From Planctomycetota bacterium (GTDB lineage Bacteria; Planctomycetota; Phycisphaerae; Sedimentisphaerales; Anaerobacaceae), in the NCBI GenBank assembly GCA_019456255.1, contig VRUG01000009.1, positions 20,037-84,036 of the forward strand: a stretch of DNA of 64,000 bases, given 5' to 3'. The notes below the pieces were generated by a model. It saw only the letters and a list, made by a program, of their open reading frames with translations. It made no database searches and had not been told where the DNA came from. Position numbers and translations under genes: made by a program. Shown in pieces: positions 9,289 to 18,059 of the stretch. Within the stretch, counting starts at the first letter, position 1. Each line of letters starts with the position of its first letter.

Positions 9289-10348
9289 ACGTTTAAAAAT
9301 AGCGTACTTCCAATCTTGGGAGGAAGGTGAGTTTGTTCTTCATCCGGGACTTAACGTTATAATTGGTGAGAGCGATAAAGGAAAGAGTTCTGTAGGTCGG
9401 GCCTTTACTTGGTTCCTAAAAAATTCACTTCAAGACTTTAGTTTTCGTTCTACTTTTGCTGATAAAAAGGATGTTACTAAGTTCGTTGTTGAAGATGACA
9501 AAGGTAATGTTTTTTCAAGGGAAAGAGTTCCTGGTACAGCAAGTCAGAATAATAGATACAGACTTAATCGTAAAGTCTTCAAAGCAGTTGGAAAGGGCGT
9601 GCCAAAAGAAATTAGCGATGCTGTAAACTTATCTGAATATAACGTCCAACTACAACATGACAGGTACTTTTTGTTACAGGATACTCCAGCGGCTGCTGCT
9701 AAGGTTTTAAATTCTGTTACAGGACTCGAATCGATAGACTTTCTTCTTTCTCATATTAATAGTACCGATAGGACTGCTGATGCTGGGATTAGAACTAGAA
9801 AAAAAGAAATAGTAGAATTAAAAGCAGAGGCAAACAGATACAAGAACGTTGACGAACATGTAAAGGCTGTTGGTCTCTTGGAAACGTATCTTAATCAACG
9901 CGCTGTTTATAGAAGAGAGAGAACGGACATATATCAGTTACGTGACGACTACTTTATCCTTCAGGCTGAGTTGAATAGGTATGCCATGCTTGATGAAGTC
10001 GAAGAAAAGACTGGCGATTTATTTCAACTTGCAGACGATGTAATGAATGACCTTGCTACGCGAAATATGATTATTGAATTAATTGGCAACTTTGAATCTA
10101 TAGGACTTGAGATCGAGAAGTGTAATGAAGGGATTGAAGCAAAGGAAATTCTAGATGAACTAGCTCTAGAGATTCGTAAGCAGAAGAAGGTCAGGGTTAG
10201 TAGAGAGGAGTTTGGTAGGTTAATAAATGAGCATGGCGCTCTTTCTGCTGAGATAACAGGTTTAAATAGAGAGATAGAAGTATTGGAAAAGCAATATAAA
10301 AAGGAAATGGGTTCTGGAATTTGCCCACTATGTCTACGTAGCATATGA
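9281..10348 (+). CDS. SbcC/Rad50-like ATPase, N-terminal half (Walker A + coiled coil ending in a CxxC hook)
   Basis: GLNVIIGESDKGKSS P-loop, a long coiled coil, and the last residues GICPLCLRSI. Confidence 0.7.
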   Translation: MLKRLKIAYFQSWEEGEFVLHPGLNVIIGESDKGKSSVGRAFTWFLKNSLQDFSFRSTFADKKDVTKFVVEDDKGNVFSRERVPGTASQNNRYRLNRKVFKAVGKGVPKEISDAVNLSEYNVQLQHDRYFLLQDTPAAAAKVLNSVTGLESIDFLLSHINSTDRTADAGIRTRKKEIVELKAEANRYKNVDEHVKAVGLLETYLNQRAVYRRERTDIYQLRDDYFILQAELNRYAMLDEVEEKTGDLFQLADDVMNDLATRNMIIELIGNFESIGLEIEKCNEGIEAKEILDELALEIRKQKKVRVSREEFGRLINEHGALSAEITGLNREIEVLEKQYKKEMGSGICPLCLRSI

Positions 10349-10512
10349 AAGCCATAGTGCTCATAGGGTTGTTTGTGTTGTTGCCTGGTTGTAGTATCCT
10401 TCGCGGTAGTCTAATGGATAGTGGGAGTAGTCCATATCTTAATAGGTATAGGAGTTGTTCATGCTATTCGTATCAGTATTATCCCCATCTACATACTAAA
10501 GAATGCAGGTAG
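10345..10512 (+). CDS. small putative lipoprotein
   Basis: 55-aa ORF absent from the supplied track. MKAIVLIGLFVLLPGC is a signal peptide plus lipobox-like LPGC. ATGA-coupled to the upstream gene and ends 4 nt before the sbcD ATG. Confidence 0.4.
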   Translation: MKAIVLIGLFVLLPGCSILRGSLMDSGSSPYLNRYRSCSCYSYQYYPHLHTKECR

Positions 10513-10516
10513 CATT

Positions 10517-11485
10517 ATGAGATTCTTATGTACTGGTGATTGGCAGTTAAGGTTTCAACGGCCAAGAAGTCGTATAGATATCGATTATGCTTTAGCACAA
10601 GAAAAGAAAGTTGAATGGTTGTTGGCTACTGCAGTAGACGAGGGTTGTGCGTATTTACTTCAACCTGGTGACTTCTTTGATAGTTGCCATCCCTCTTTTG
10701 ACACTATGAGAAGGTACATAGAGTTGTTTAAGAGATATGAAGTAAAGATTTTGTGCGTCAGGGGTCAACACGATCTTAGATATCAGTCAACTAATATTGA
10801 CAATATTCCTCTAGCGGTTTTAGAAGCAGCGGGAGTTGTAGAAGTTGCTAGTAGAAATGGTATATGTGTTCGGGGTAGAGATCCTAGTGCTCATGCTCCA
10901 ATCGTTATTTATGGGTGTTCGTGGGGTGACGACGTATTCTATGTCGATGTCGACTCTGCTGATGATACTATTAACGTACTTCTTATCCATAAGATGGTTA
11001 CTGCAGATACTAACCTTCAATGGCCAGGTCAAACTGACTTTGTAACTGCTTCGTCTTTGTTGGAAGAGAATAGCTACGATCTTGTTGTATGTGGAGACAA
11101 TCATAAGTCACTTATTTTTAAAGATTCGTCTAGCCGGTATGTTGTAAATTGTGGTAGCTTGATGAGAGCAAATATTGATCAAGTTGACCATAAACCAGTC
11201 TCGTACATTTACGAATCAGATTCTAGGTCTATTGTAAGAAGAAGGCTTACTAATATAGCTCCAGCTGAGGCGGTATTTGCTATTGACTACGCAGAGCGTG
11301 AGTTGGAAAAGAAAAAAGATCTTGACTTGTTTATACGTTCAATTTCAAAATCGAAAAAAGTCGGGGTAGATTTTTTGAAAAACTTGTATACTAGATTAGA
11401 CCAAATGGAAGTACCAAAAGGTGTAAGGAAGATAATTGATGATGGAGTAAAGAAGTTTGGGGAACTTGAAGGAGACGGTTGGTAA
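10517..11485 (+). CDS. sbcD: SbcD/Mre11-family metallophosphoesterase nuclease
   Basis: The start MRFLCTGDWQL is motif I-like. GDFFD, RGQHD and GDNH are calcineurin-like phosphoesterase motifs. Confidence 0.7.
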   Translation: MRFLCTGDWQLRFQRPRSRIDIDYALAQEKKVEWLLATAVDEGCAYLLQPGDFFDSCHPSFDTMRRYIELFKRYEVKILCVRGQHDLRYQSTNIDNIPLAVLEAAGVVEVASRNGICVRGRDPSAHAPIVIYGCSWGDDVFYVDVDSADDTINVLLIHKMVTADTNLQWPGQTDFVTASSLLEENSYDLVVCGDNHKSLIFKDSSSRYVVNCGSLMRANIDQVDHKPVSYIYESDSRSIVRRRLTNIAPAEAVFAIDYAERELEKKKDLDLFIRSISKSKKVGVDFLKNLYTRLDQMEVPKGVRKIIDDGVKKFGELEGDGW

Positions 11486-11754
11486 TGAGAACTATGGATT
11501 CAGATGAGCTTGAGTTGGAAAGGAAACTTCGCCGGGTTAATAAGCTGAGGGCTACTTTAGAAGAGAGAAGGGAAAAGAAGCTTGTTGCTACTGGGAAGCA
11601 AGAGAATGTTTTAGAGAGACTTAGAAGGGAGTACAAGTGTAAGAGTATCGAGGCTTCTAAAAGTAGGTGTAAAAATATTGACGAGCGGGTTGCCCTAAGA
11701 AACAGAAGAATAGATAAGATATTTAGTGAGTTGGAAGAAGAATATGACCTCTAG
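11485..11754 (+). CDS. coiled-coil protein (possible Rad50 coiled-coil piece)
   Basis: 89 aa, R/E/K-rich. TAATG coupling to sbcD. Confidence 0.45.
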   Translation: MRTMDSDELELERKLRRVNKLRATLEERREKKLVATGKQENVLERLRREYKCKSIEASKSRCKNIDERVALRNRRIDKIFSELEEEYDL

Positions 11755-12406
11755 TAACAAAGTTTATAGTATGAATTCAGACGTTCTTGCTTCTAGTAAT
11801 AAATTCTTAGAAGCTAGGGATGCGGTACTTAAGGCTAAAGTAAAAAGGGAATCTTTGTTAGAAGAGATAGATGCAAAAGAAAGAGAGATAAAGGATTTGG
11901 AAAAGGTAATTAGTGATGCTGGAAAAGCCAGAGTCATCGTACAAAAGGTTGCCAGTGAAACTCAAAGTGTTGTTGAATACCATATATCTGGTGTTGTGGG
12001 TTTAGCAGAATCTGCTATATTTGACGATCCTTATGGGGTTGAGTTAGACTTTGTTGAAAGGCGTAATGTAACTGAGTGCGACTTTTACTTCACGAAGGGT
12101 TTTGATAGGTTTAATCCAATGTCTAGTGCTGGAGGTGGACCTCTTGACGTTGCATCGTTTGGGATTTTTATTGCTATATGGAGTTTTGGTCGTACTCGTC
12201 CTTTTTTGTTATTAGATGAGCCTTTTAAGTATGTTTCATCTAATCTTCAAGGAAGATGTTCTGAAATGATTAAGCAAATAACACTAGACCATAATCTCCA
12301 GATACTAATGATATCTCACTTACCACATATGATAGATAGTGCAGATAAGGTGTTTGAAGTTACGCAAGATAAACATGGTGTTAGTGATGTAAGAGAGGTT
12401 AGGTAA
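11744..12406 (+). CDS. SbcC/Rad50-like ATPase, C-terminal half (signature, Walker B, H-loop)
   Basis: SSAGGGPLD (signature-like), FLLLDEPF (Walker B/D-loop) and MISHLP (H-loop), after an N-terminal coiled coil. Confidence 0.65.
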   Translation: MTSSNKVYSMNSDVLASSNKFLEARDAVLKAKVKRESLLEEIDAKEREIKDLEKVISDAGKARVIVQKVASETQSVVEYHISGVVGLAESAIFDDPYGVELDFVERRNVTECDFYFTKGFDRFNPMSSAGGGPLDVASFGIFIAIWSFGRTRPFLLLDEPFKYVSSNLQGRCSEMIKQITLDHNLQILMISHLPHMIDSADKVFEVTQDKHGVSDVREVR

Positions 12407-12407
12407 C

Positions 12408-12707
12408 ATGCAAACTAAAGTATGTAATATTAAAATGGACAAATATGCTAAGGGTGTCTACATTGGACGTGGTCCACGAAAATACAAGCACTACGGTAAC
12501 CCGTTTAGAATAGGGCGTGATGGTAGTAGAGCTGATGTGATAAAGAAATTTGAGGAGTGGCTAGATGGAAAGCATCCCGAAGTCGCGCCTCAAAGAAGGA
12601 AATGGGTTTTAGAAAACGAGCATCTTCTAAAGAATAGAACTTTACTATGTCACTGTGCTCCAGAACCTTGCCATGGTGACGTTTATGTTAAACGATCGGG
12701 AGTTTAG
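12408..12707 (+). CDS. DUF4326 domain protein
   Basis: 99 aa with GNPF...R......F..WL.....L.G..L.CHC.P..CHGDV, the characteristic DUF4326 pattern. Confidence 0.7.
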   Translation: MQTKVCNIKMDKYAKGVYIGRGPRKYKHYGNPFRIGRDGSRADVIKKFEEWLDGKHPEVAPQRRKWVLENEHLLKNRTLLCHCAPEPCHGDVYVKRSGV

Positions 12708-12720
12708 TTGTGCTGCGAGT

Positions 12721-12864
12721 AGTGGAAGTGGCAAGTCAAGAATATTCTGCTGCTGTTCTTATCCAGGGCGGGGGAATTTATCAAATGAGTGGATTGGCAA
12801 GCTCCAACACATTCACGTAAACTATCGGTTGAGCGGGCGAAAGATACCGACTTGCCTTTCCACT
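12721..12864 (+). ncRNA. candidate structured RNA (unclassified)
   Basis: In a 262-nt gene-free gap, AGTGGAA/GGCAAGTC (12721-12737) pairs with GACTTGCC/TTCCACT (12849-12864). This 7+8 bp helix encloses 111 nt containing internal hairpins (12738-12760, 12761-12794) and a CGAAAG loop, followed by TTTTAATTT. Confidence 0.35.
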
Positions 12865-12969
12865 TTTAATTTAATTAAGGGGTAAACGATGAACTCTAAA
12901 AGAAATCCTTCTGGGTTATATCCAGAATGTATGTCTTTTTAGTCAGATTCCTGTTAATGGAGAGGTATC

Positions 12970-13176
12970 ATGGTTGGTTCTCATAGTGAACATATTCTAA
13001 GTTTTGGGAAGTATGGTCTTGGTAAGTCAGGTGAGCGGTGTTTAGCAGCAGTCCCGAATACTTATTTAAACTGGTTGCTAGATCAAGATTTTTTTGTTGA
13101 CTCTCATCGGGACTTTGAAGCAGTAAATGATGAATGTGAATGGCGTAAAAGCCAAAGTGTTTATGTGGAGGATTAA
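12970..13176 (+). CDS. DUF3820-like protein
   Basis: 68 aa. SFGKYGLGKSGERCLAAVPNTYLNWLL fits the FGKyKG...vp..Yl.Wl pattern. Confidence 0.5.
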   Translation: MVGSHSEHILSFGKYGLGKSGERCLAAVPNTYLNWLLDQDFFVDSHRDFEAVNDECEWRKSQSVYVED

Positions 13177-13177
13177 A

Positions 13178-13561
13178 ATGTCTTCAAATAAAAGGAATAA
13201 GTGGATGAGGGGGTTGAATAAGAAGTTAGTAGCTAGGTTAGTAGAACGTAACGTGGTTGTTGCTTTTGAGATTGATTATGGAGTTTCGGTTACCTGTTAC
13301 CTTAGGAGCAGAGTTGGTGGTAACTACACAATTGCTAGCGGATTTGCTATTTGTAGTACTACTGAAAAATTTGAAGAGTCTGCCGGGAAGAATAAAGCCG
13401 CTGGTCGTGCTTTAAAGGCTCTTATTAACCAAACTCACGGGGAAGTTGTACGAAGTCACTGGGATGACTTTCCTAAGAGTTGGAGTAAGCGTCAAATAGA
13501 TAGAGTTCTTAAATCTGGGACTTTATACAAAAGTTGGTATCGCGCAGGTACTGGTACATGA
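13178..13561 (+). CDS. hypothetical protein
   Basis: ATG 13178 after ggagga. 127 aa with a basic N-terminus. Confidence 0.5.
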   Translation: MSSNKRNKWMRGLNKKLVARLVERNVVVAFEIDYGVSVTCYLRSRVGGNYTIASGFAICSTTEKFEESAGKNKAAGRALKALINQTHGEVVRSHWDDFPKSWSKRQIDRVLKSGTLYKSWYRAGTGT

Positions 13562-14718
13562 TTCCTTTAGCAAAACCTAATATAAATACGCAGCGTGTTC
13601 TGCTTGACTTGATGACTGTCTTGACTTCTGGATGGTGGACTATGGGTGAATACACTAAGAATCTCGAAAAAGAGTTCGCAGAGTACGTTGGGGCTAAATA
13701 TGCTATTGCTACTAATAGTTGTTCTATGTCTTTGTTTTTGAGCCTGATAGTTTTAGATGTTAGAGATCATTATGTCTACACAAGCCCTTTAACGTTTTGT
13801 TCTACTATTAACTCTGCTATCCACGCTGGTGCTAGGGGAGTTTTCCTGGCTGACATCAACTTTGATACTCAATGTATGAACCCGAGTAACATTTTCCCTA
13901 AACCAGGTCCTGACGATGTTTTACTTCCAGTCCACTTTGCTGGCTTTCCTTGTAACATGAATGAGTTTGTTGAGTTAAGTAAAGAGACTGGAGCTAGGAT
14001 AGTAGAAGATTGTGCTCATGCGGTAGAGACTCAGTTTCATAGGCAACATGTCGGGACGTTTGGGGACATGGGATGTTACTCTTTTAATCCTACTAAAAAT
14101 ATTGCTGCTCCAGAGATGGGTATGATAGTTACGAACGATGAAGAGAAAGCAGAAAAGTTGAGGAGGTTACGTATTCATGGGATGGACGCTGATGCTTCAG
14201 AGAGGGTTAACAGTAATGGCACTTATAGTCTTGTTGACTGCGGTTATAAAGCTAATTGCACTGATTTTGAGGCGGTAGTCGCTTTGTCTCAACTAAGGAA
14301 CGTTGAAGCTAACTGGGAGGCTAGAAAGTACATTTGGAATCAATATAATCTTGCCTTTAAGAATTTCTGTAATCGTGAAATTTTTAATGGAATCTATCCT
14401 GGAATTAGACCATCTTTGAATCCTAATGTTGGGTACGTTCATGGATATCATCTGTACACAATCTGCCTTGGTAACCGTGACGACTTTATTGCTAAAATGC
14501 GGGAAAAACAGGTTTATTGTGGCATTCATTATAAGCCAGTTAATTTACATCCTTGTTATCGGAACTTGGGGTGGCACTCCGGAATGTTTAATAATGCAGA
14601 ATGGATTGGAAAACGTACTGTTAGTCTTCCTTTAGGACCAGGTATGACGACTAAAGATGTTAACCATGTCGTATCTGCTACTAAAGAACTTCTAGAGACT
14701 GGAGATTACTTATTATGA
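13558..14718 (+). CDS. DegT/DnrJ/EryC1-family sugar aminotransferase (PseC-like)
   Basis: MIPLAKPNI start, SFNPTKNI (PLP lysine), HYKP.. and LPL.P.MT. ATGA overlap with the upstream gene. Confidence 0.8.
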   Translation: MIPLAKPNINTQRVLLDLMTVLTSGWWTMGEYTKNLEKEFAEYVGAKYAIATNSCSMSLFLSLIVLDVRDHYVYTSPLTFCSTINSAIHAGARGVFLADINFDTQCMNPSNIFPKPGPDDVLLPVHFAGFPCNMNEFVELSKETGARIVEDCAHAVETQFHRQHVGTFGDMGCYSFNPTKNIAAPEMGMIVTNDEEKAEKLRRLRIHGMDADASERVNSNGTYSLVDCGYKANCTDFEAVVALSQLRNVEANWEARKYIWNQYNLAFKNFCNREIFNGIYPGIRPSLNPNVGYVHGYHLYTICLGNRDDFIAKMREKQVYCGIHYKPVNLHPCYRNLGWHSGMFNNAEWIGKRTVSLPLGPGMTTKDVNHVVSATKELLETGDYLL

Positions 14719-15242
14719 CTTTATATGTCGTGCTGAGACCCATTGATGAAGAAGACTTACTAACTCTATTTAAGTGGCGAAATGATCCACTTATTATGTC
14801 GAGGACTAGGCAGTGGAGGGAACTTTCTTGGAAAGAGCATAAGAGTTGGTTTGATAATTTAGATCTTGATAAAAACTTGATGTATGGAATTGTCTCTTCT
14901 AGGTCTGATATTAATGAGCATGCTGAACTGGTTGGGGTCTGCGGTTTGTGTTACATTGATCTTATCAACAGGAGCGCCGAAGTTAGTATTTACATTGGAG
15001 ATTCTTTCAGAAGGAGAACTGGAATTGGGAGTGAGGTATTGAGGTACTTGAAAATAAAAGCCTTTGACGTTTTAGGGCTTCATCGTATATATGCTGAAAT
15101 ATATGCTTTTAATGTGCCAGGTATTCGCTTATTTGAAGGATGTAGCTTTAAATGTGAAGCTACTATTTCAGACACTGTTTATATGGAGGGTGGTTGGTTT
15201 AGTAGTAAATTTTATACATACAAAGAGGATGATTGGCGATGA
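14715..15242 (+). CDS. GNAT N-acetyltransferase (PseH-like)
   Basis: LRPIDEEDLLTLFKWRNDP......EHKSWF matches the PseH-type N-terminus. GNAT core RRRTGIGSEVL. Confidence 0.65.
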   Translation: MTLYVVLRPIDEEDLLTLFKWRNDPLIMSRTRQWRELSWKEHKSWFDNLDLDKNLMYGIVSSRSDINEHAELVGVCGLCYIDLINRSAEVSIYIGDSFRRRTGIGSEVLRYLKIKAFDVLGLHRIYAEIYAFNVPGIRLFEGCSFKCEATISDTVYMEGGWFSSKFYTYKEDDWR

Positions 15243-16369
15243 CAACTAATAATTCGTTAGTCTTTGTTGAGGACTTTAGTGTAGAGGTTGAACCACTTCT
15301 AGCTGGTTTGGATGGGAATCTTCAACTTGTCGCTTTGTCTCCACTGGCTATGTACGAGTTAGATGAACTAGGGCTTACCTACAAGATTCCGGAAGACTAT
15401 TTAGTATGGGAAGAAACAGATAAGTATACTTCTAGTTTTGAGAACTGGCTTAACCTTGTAGAGTCTACTACTGCAAGGTTGTACCCAGAAGTTTCTTCTT
15501 TCTACATCCCAATGTCTACTTACTGTGTTGCTGTACTAAAAGGGATGGTTGACTCTTTTGTTAGAAAAGCAGTACAGTTTGAGCGTATTTTAAAAGAAGA
15601 GAATCCAAGTAAAATTTATTACTTCGCTAATAGAAATAAAAGTGGACAACCAAACGACGAACTCCTGTTTTTTCAGAGATCTATTTTTTATAGAATTGCG
15701 GAGTCTATTGAGGCTACTTTAATTCATGTTCCGGATGTTGGTATTAAGAAGGTTACTAGCTGGAGGGATATAGGATTTATAAGGAATGTTTACGATTGGT
15801 TTAGGTACTGTAGGTTTATCTGGTTCGGGAAGCCTAGTGGTTGGACGTATTTGTTTGCTAGTACAATGGCGACGTTAAGAGATATGAAGTTTCAATTTCG
15901 CAAGTGTAAGGTCGTTCCAATCGTTGATGTAATAGTAAATCGTACTGGTTCCTTTCACTGGGATGTAGATAGCTTATGTAGTAACTTATCTGATTTTTGC
16001 GGCGTTGATTTAGAGTTAGTTCAGGTAGTAGTAGGTCCACAGCTAGACCACTATCTGAAATGTGTTGTTCCAAAGATTGTTGAGCATTCCAAATTTTATT
16101 TTGAATATTTAAAGAAATTTCCACGCTATAAGACTGCTGTTATTTTTACGAGGCGTAATAGGCTTTACCAGTATGGGTTGTTAATCGCTGCCAAACAACT
16201 TGGTATACCTACGTATTACGTAAAGCATGGTTGGGAAGGGTATAACTCTTGGATTACAGATTGGAGAAGGCTAAAAGTTTACGATCACTTTGTTGCGAGC
16301 AGAGAAGGTGAGCGGAAATTTTTTAGAAAACACGCGGCTGAAAATGGATTTAAATGTGAAGTTCTTTAA
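15239..16369 (+). CDS. hypothetical protein in the glycan module
   Basis: 376 aa, ATGA-coupled, no confident motif. A possible GT-B-like or PseG-substitute role is speculation. Confidence 0.5.
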   Translation: MTTNNSLVFVEDFSVEVEPLLAGLDGNLQLVALSPLAMYELDELGLTYKIPEDYLVWEETDKYTSSFENWLNLVESTTARLYPEVSSFYIPMSTYCVAVLKGMVDSFVRKAVQFERILKEENPSKIYYFANRNKSGQPNDELLFFQRSIFYRIAESIEATLIHVPDVGIKKVTSWRDIGFIRNVYDWFRYCRFIWFGKPSGWTYLFASTMATLRDMKFQFRKCKVVPIVDVIVNRTGSFHWDVDSLCSNLSDFCGVDLELVQVVVGPQLDHYLKCVVPKIVEHSKFYFEYLKKFPRYKTAVIFTRRNRLYQYGLLIAAKQLGIPTYYVKHGWEGYNSWITDWRRLKVYDHFVASREGERKFFRKHAAENGFKCEVL

Positions 16370-16380
16370 AGGAGAATTTT

Positions 16381-17259
16381 ATGGCTTTAACTGGAAAGTG
16401 GACTGCTAGTAGTTTTAAGTACATTGATAAGAGTGGTAATAGTATTGTTGAAGATGAAAGTGGTAATGGTAATCATGCTCGTGGATTTAATGTAACTCCA
16501 GTCTATCTACATGATAGTAGGGGCAAGCCTTTAGGTAATAAAGAAAACGAGACTGAGCAGGCAATTGATACGGCTGCGTATTCTGTTGGTACTAGGGAGT
16601 CCTTTGAACAACGTAAATGGGAAGTTGATGATGAAACTATCGGGCTTGGTTTTAATGGCCACTCGTTTATGAAGATTTTGAATGATGATGCTATTAATCT
16701 TAGTAAGTTTACGTTGTGCGTTTCTGTAGGTCTTTACAATCCAAGTAAATCCCAATATATAATTGACAAACGTAATGGTCAATGGTACCGGAATTATTGT
16801 ATGCTTTACGCTTCGCCTAGTTTTCCACATTTAAGAGATGGAATGAATGATTCTAGTTGGTTTTTAGTTGACATTGGTGATGGTAGTTGGATGGACGATG
16901 ATTTTCATAATGGAGTTTTCTTTAGTATCGATAGAGTACCTTCTCTTACTATGTTTGATTTTGTTGCTACGTTTGATGGGAATTTTCTAGTTTTTTGGCT
17001 TGAAGACAAAGTTGTTGGTTTTAGAGAGAAATTAAAAATTGGAGACATTACTGGTAGTGGTGATTTAGTAGTTGGAGATGCTGGTTTTCCACATACTGTT
17101 GGTCAATGGCCTGTTGGGAACTCTCATACTTTATATGGAAAGATAGATAAAATTGAAATTTACGACACTGTCGAAAGGGTTGTAACGCAAGAGAGTTTAA
17201 TGATGGAGGACAGTATAACTATTGAACCTTTTAAGAAACCTAAAGATCGGGAGAATTAA
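16381..17259 (+). CDS. LamG/concanavalin-A-like lectin-fold protein (paralog 1)
   Basis: DESGNGNHARG near the N-terminus and YGKIDKIEIYD near the C-terminus (Laminin_G_3-type). Shares DKRNGQW.RNYC, F.VD.GDGS and G.L.VG blocks with the next gene. Confidence 0.6.
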   Translation: MALTGKWTASSFKYIDKSGNSIVEDESGNGNHARGFNVTPVYLHDSRGKPLGNKENETEQAIDTAAYSVGTRESFEQRKWEVDDETIGLGFNGHSFMKILNDDAINLSKFTLCVSVGLYNPSKSQYIIDKRNGQWYRNYCMLYASPSFPHLRDGMNDSSWFLVDIGDGSWMDDDFHNGVFFSIDRVPSLTMFDFVATFDGNFLVFWLEDKVVGFREKLKIGDITGSGDLVVGDAGFPHTVGQWPVGNSHTLYGKIDKIEIYDTVERVVTQESLMMEDSITIEPFKKPKDREN

Positions 17260-17814
17260 ATGGCAAGGATTATTGGTCGTACGGAATTTACTGGGAAAAA
17301 TTTTGTAATAATACCAAATTCAGATTCTCTAGATTTAGATAAGTGGTCAATTGTAGTAAAGTTTCAGTTGGGTAAGCTAGACAATGGGTGTTTTATTTTT
17401 GATAAACGTAATGGGCAGTGGCATCGCAACTACTGTTTTGGTTATATTACTCCTGAATGGTTTAAACACCACCCTACAGATATGACTGTTGGTTGTTATT
17501 TCTTTGTTGATGTAGGAGATGGTAGTCAAGTACAAGATGAATTTACTAATGGGGTTGGGGTAACTGTGCCATTTGTAAATCCTAGAGTTTCTTACGAGGC
17601 TTGTATGAAGTATGATGGAAAGGTCTTATCTCTTTCCGTCGATTATACTGGAGTAGTTGAGTTTAATAGTAGGGAATTGAATCTTGGGAGTGTAAAAGGT
17701 AATGGGAACTTAGTAATTGGGAGTATGGGAGAGCCCCATCTTGAAGCTTTTCCACAATATGGTTTGGGGAGGTTTACTGGAGTAATTGAGTCGTTAGACA
17801 TTTCAGAACTATAA
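17260..17814 (+). CDS. LamG/concanavalin-A-like lectin-fold protein (paralog 2)
   Basis: 184 aa, paralogous to 16381..17259 (DKRNGQWHRNYC, FFVDVGDGS, GNGNLVIGSMG, FTGVIESLDI). Confidence 0.6.
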   Translation: MARIIGRTEFTGKNFVIIPNSDSLDLDKWSIVVKFQLGKLDNGCFIFDKRNGQWHRNYCFGYITPEWFKHHPTDMTVGCYFFVDVGDGSQVQDEFTNGVGVTVPFVNPRVSYEACMKYDGKVLSLSVDYTGVVEFNSRELNLGSVKGNGNLVIGSMGEPHLEAFPQYGLGRFTGVIESLDISEL

Positions 17815-17825
17815 AGGATGGTTAG

Positions 17826-18059
17826 ATGAAGGGTAAGCCTGGTACATCTTGGGGTCCTGAATACCCAGTGAATTTGATGCGATCGTCTAGGGGTTGGTTA
17901 GCGGTCGACTATAGTAATAGACTACCTGTTATTGTGAAAGTGTTTAAACCAAAGAGTACCCTAGATGTAACTTTTATGATGGACGAGTTAACCTTATTAA
18001 ACTATGGTACTTTAGAGTTAGATCCGGAAGTTAGAGAGGAGATGGACAATGTGTCCTAG
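17826..18059 (+). CDS. hypothetical protein
   Basis: 77-aa ORF inside the operon-like array. Confidence 0.45.
   Translation: MKGKPGTSWGPEYPVNLMRSSRGWLAVDYSNRLPVIVKVFKPKSTLDVTFMMDELTLLNYGTLELDPEVREEMDNVS

Noticed and set aside
11479-11760. Programmed frameshift joining the 89-aa coiled-coil ORF to the SbcC C-terminal half
   Set aside because: There is no slippery heptamer or obvious stimulatory structure at the 11-nt overlap. An ordinary ATG at 11744 explains the downstream gene.
12730-12760. Cobalamin-riboswitch B12-box resemblance (aagtcaagaatattctgc)
   Set aside because: The similarity is only loose, in the wrong position (the 5' end of the element), and the conserved cobalamin-riboswitch core sequences are absent.
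12655-12885. 76-aa ORF overlapping the end of the DUF4326 gene and the intergenic gap
   Set aside because: It has no RBS, an odd composition (CCCSYPGRG...) and overlaps the long-range helix. The structured-RNA interpretation is preferred.
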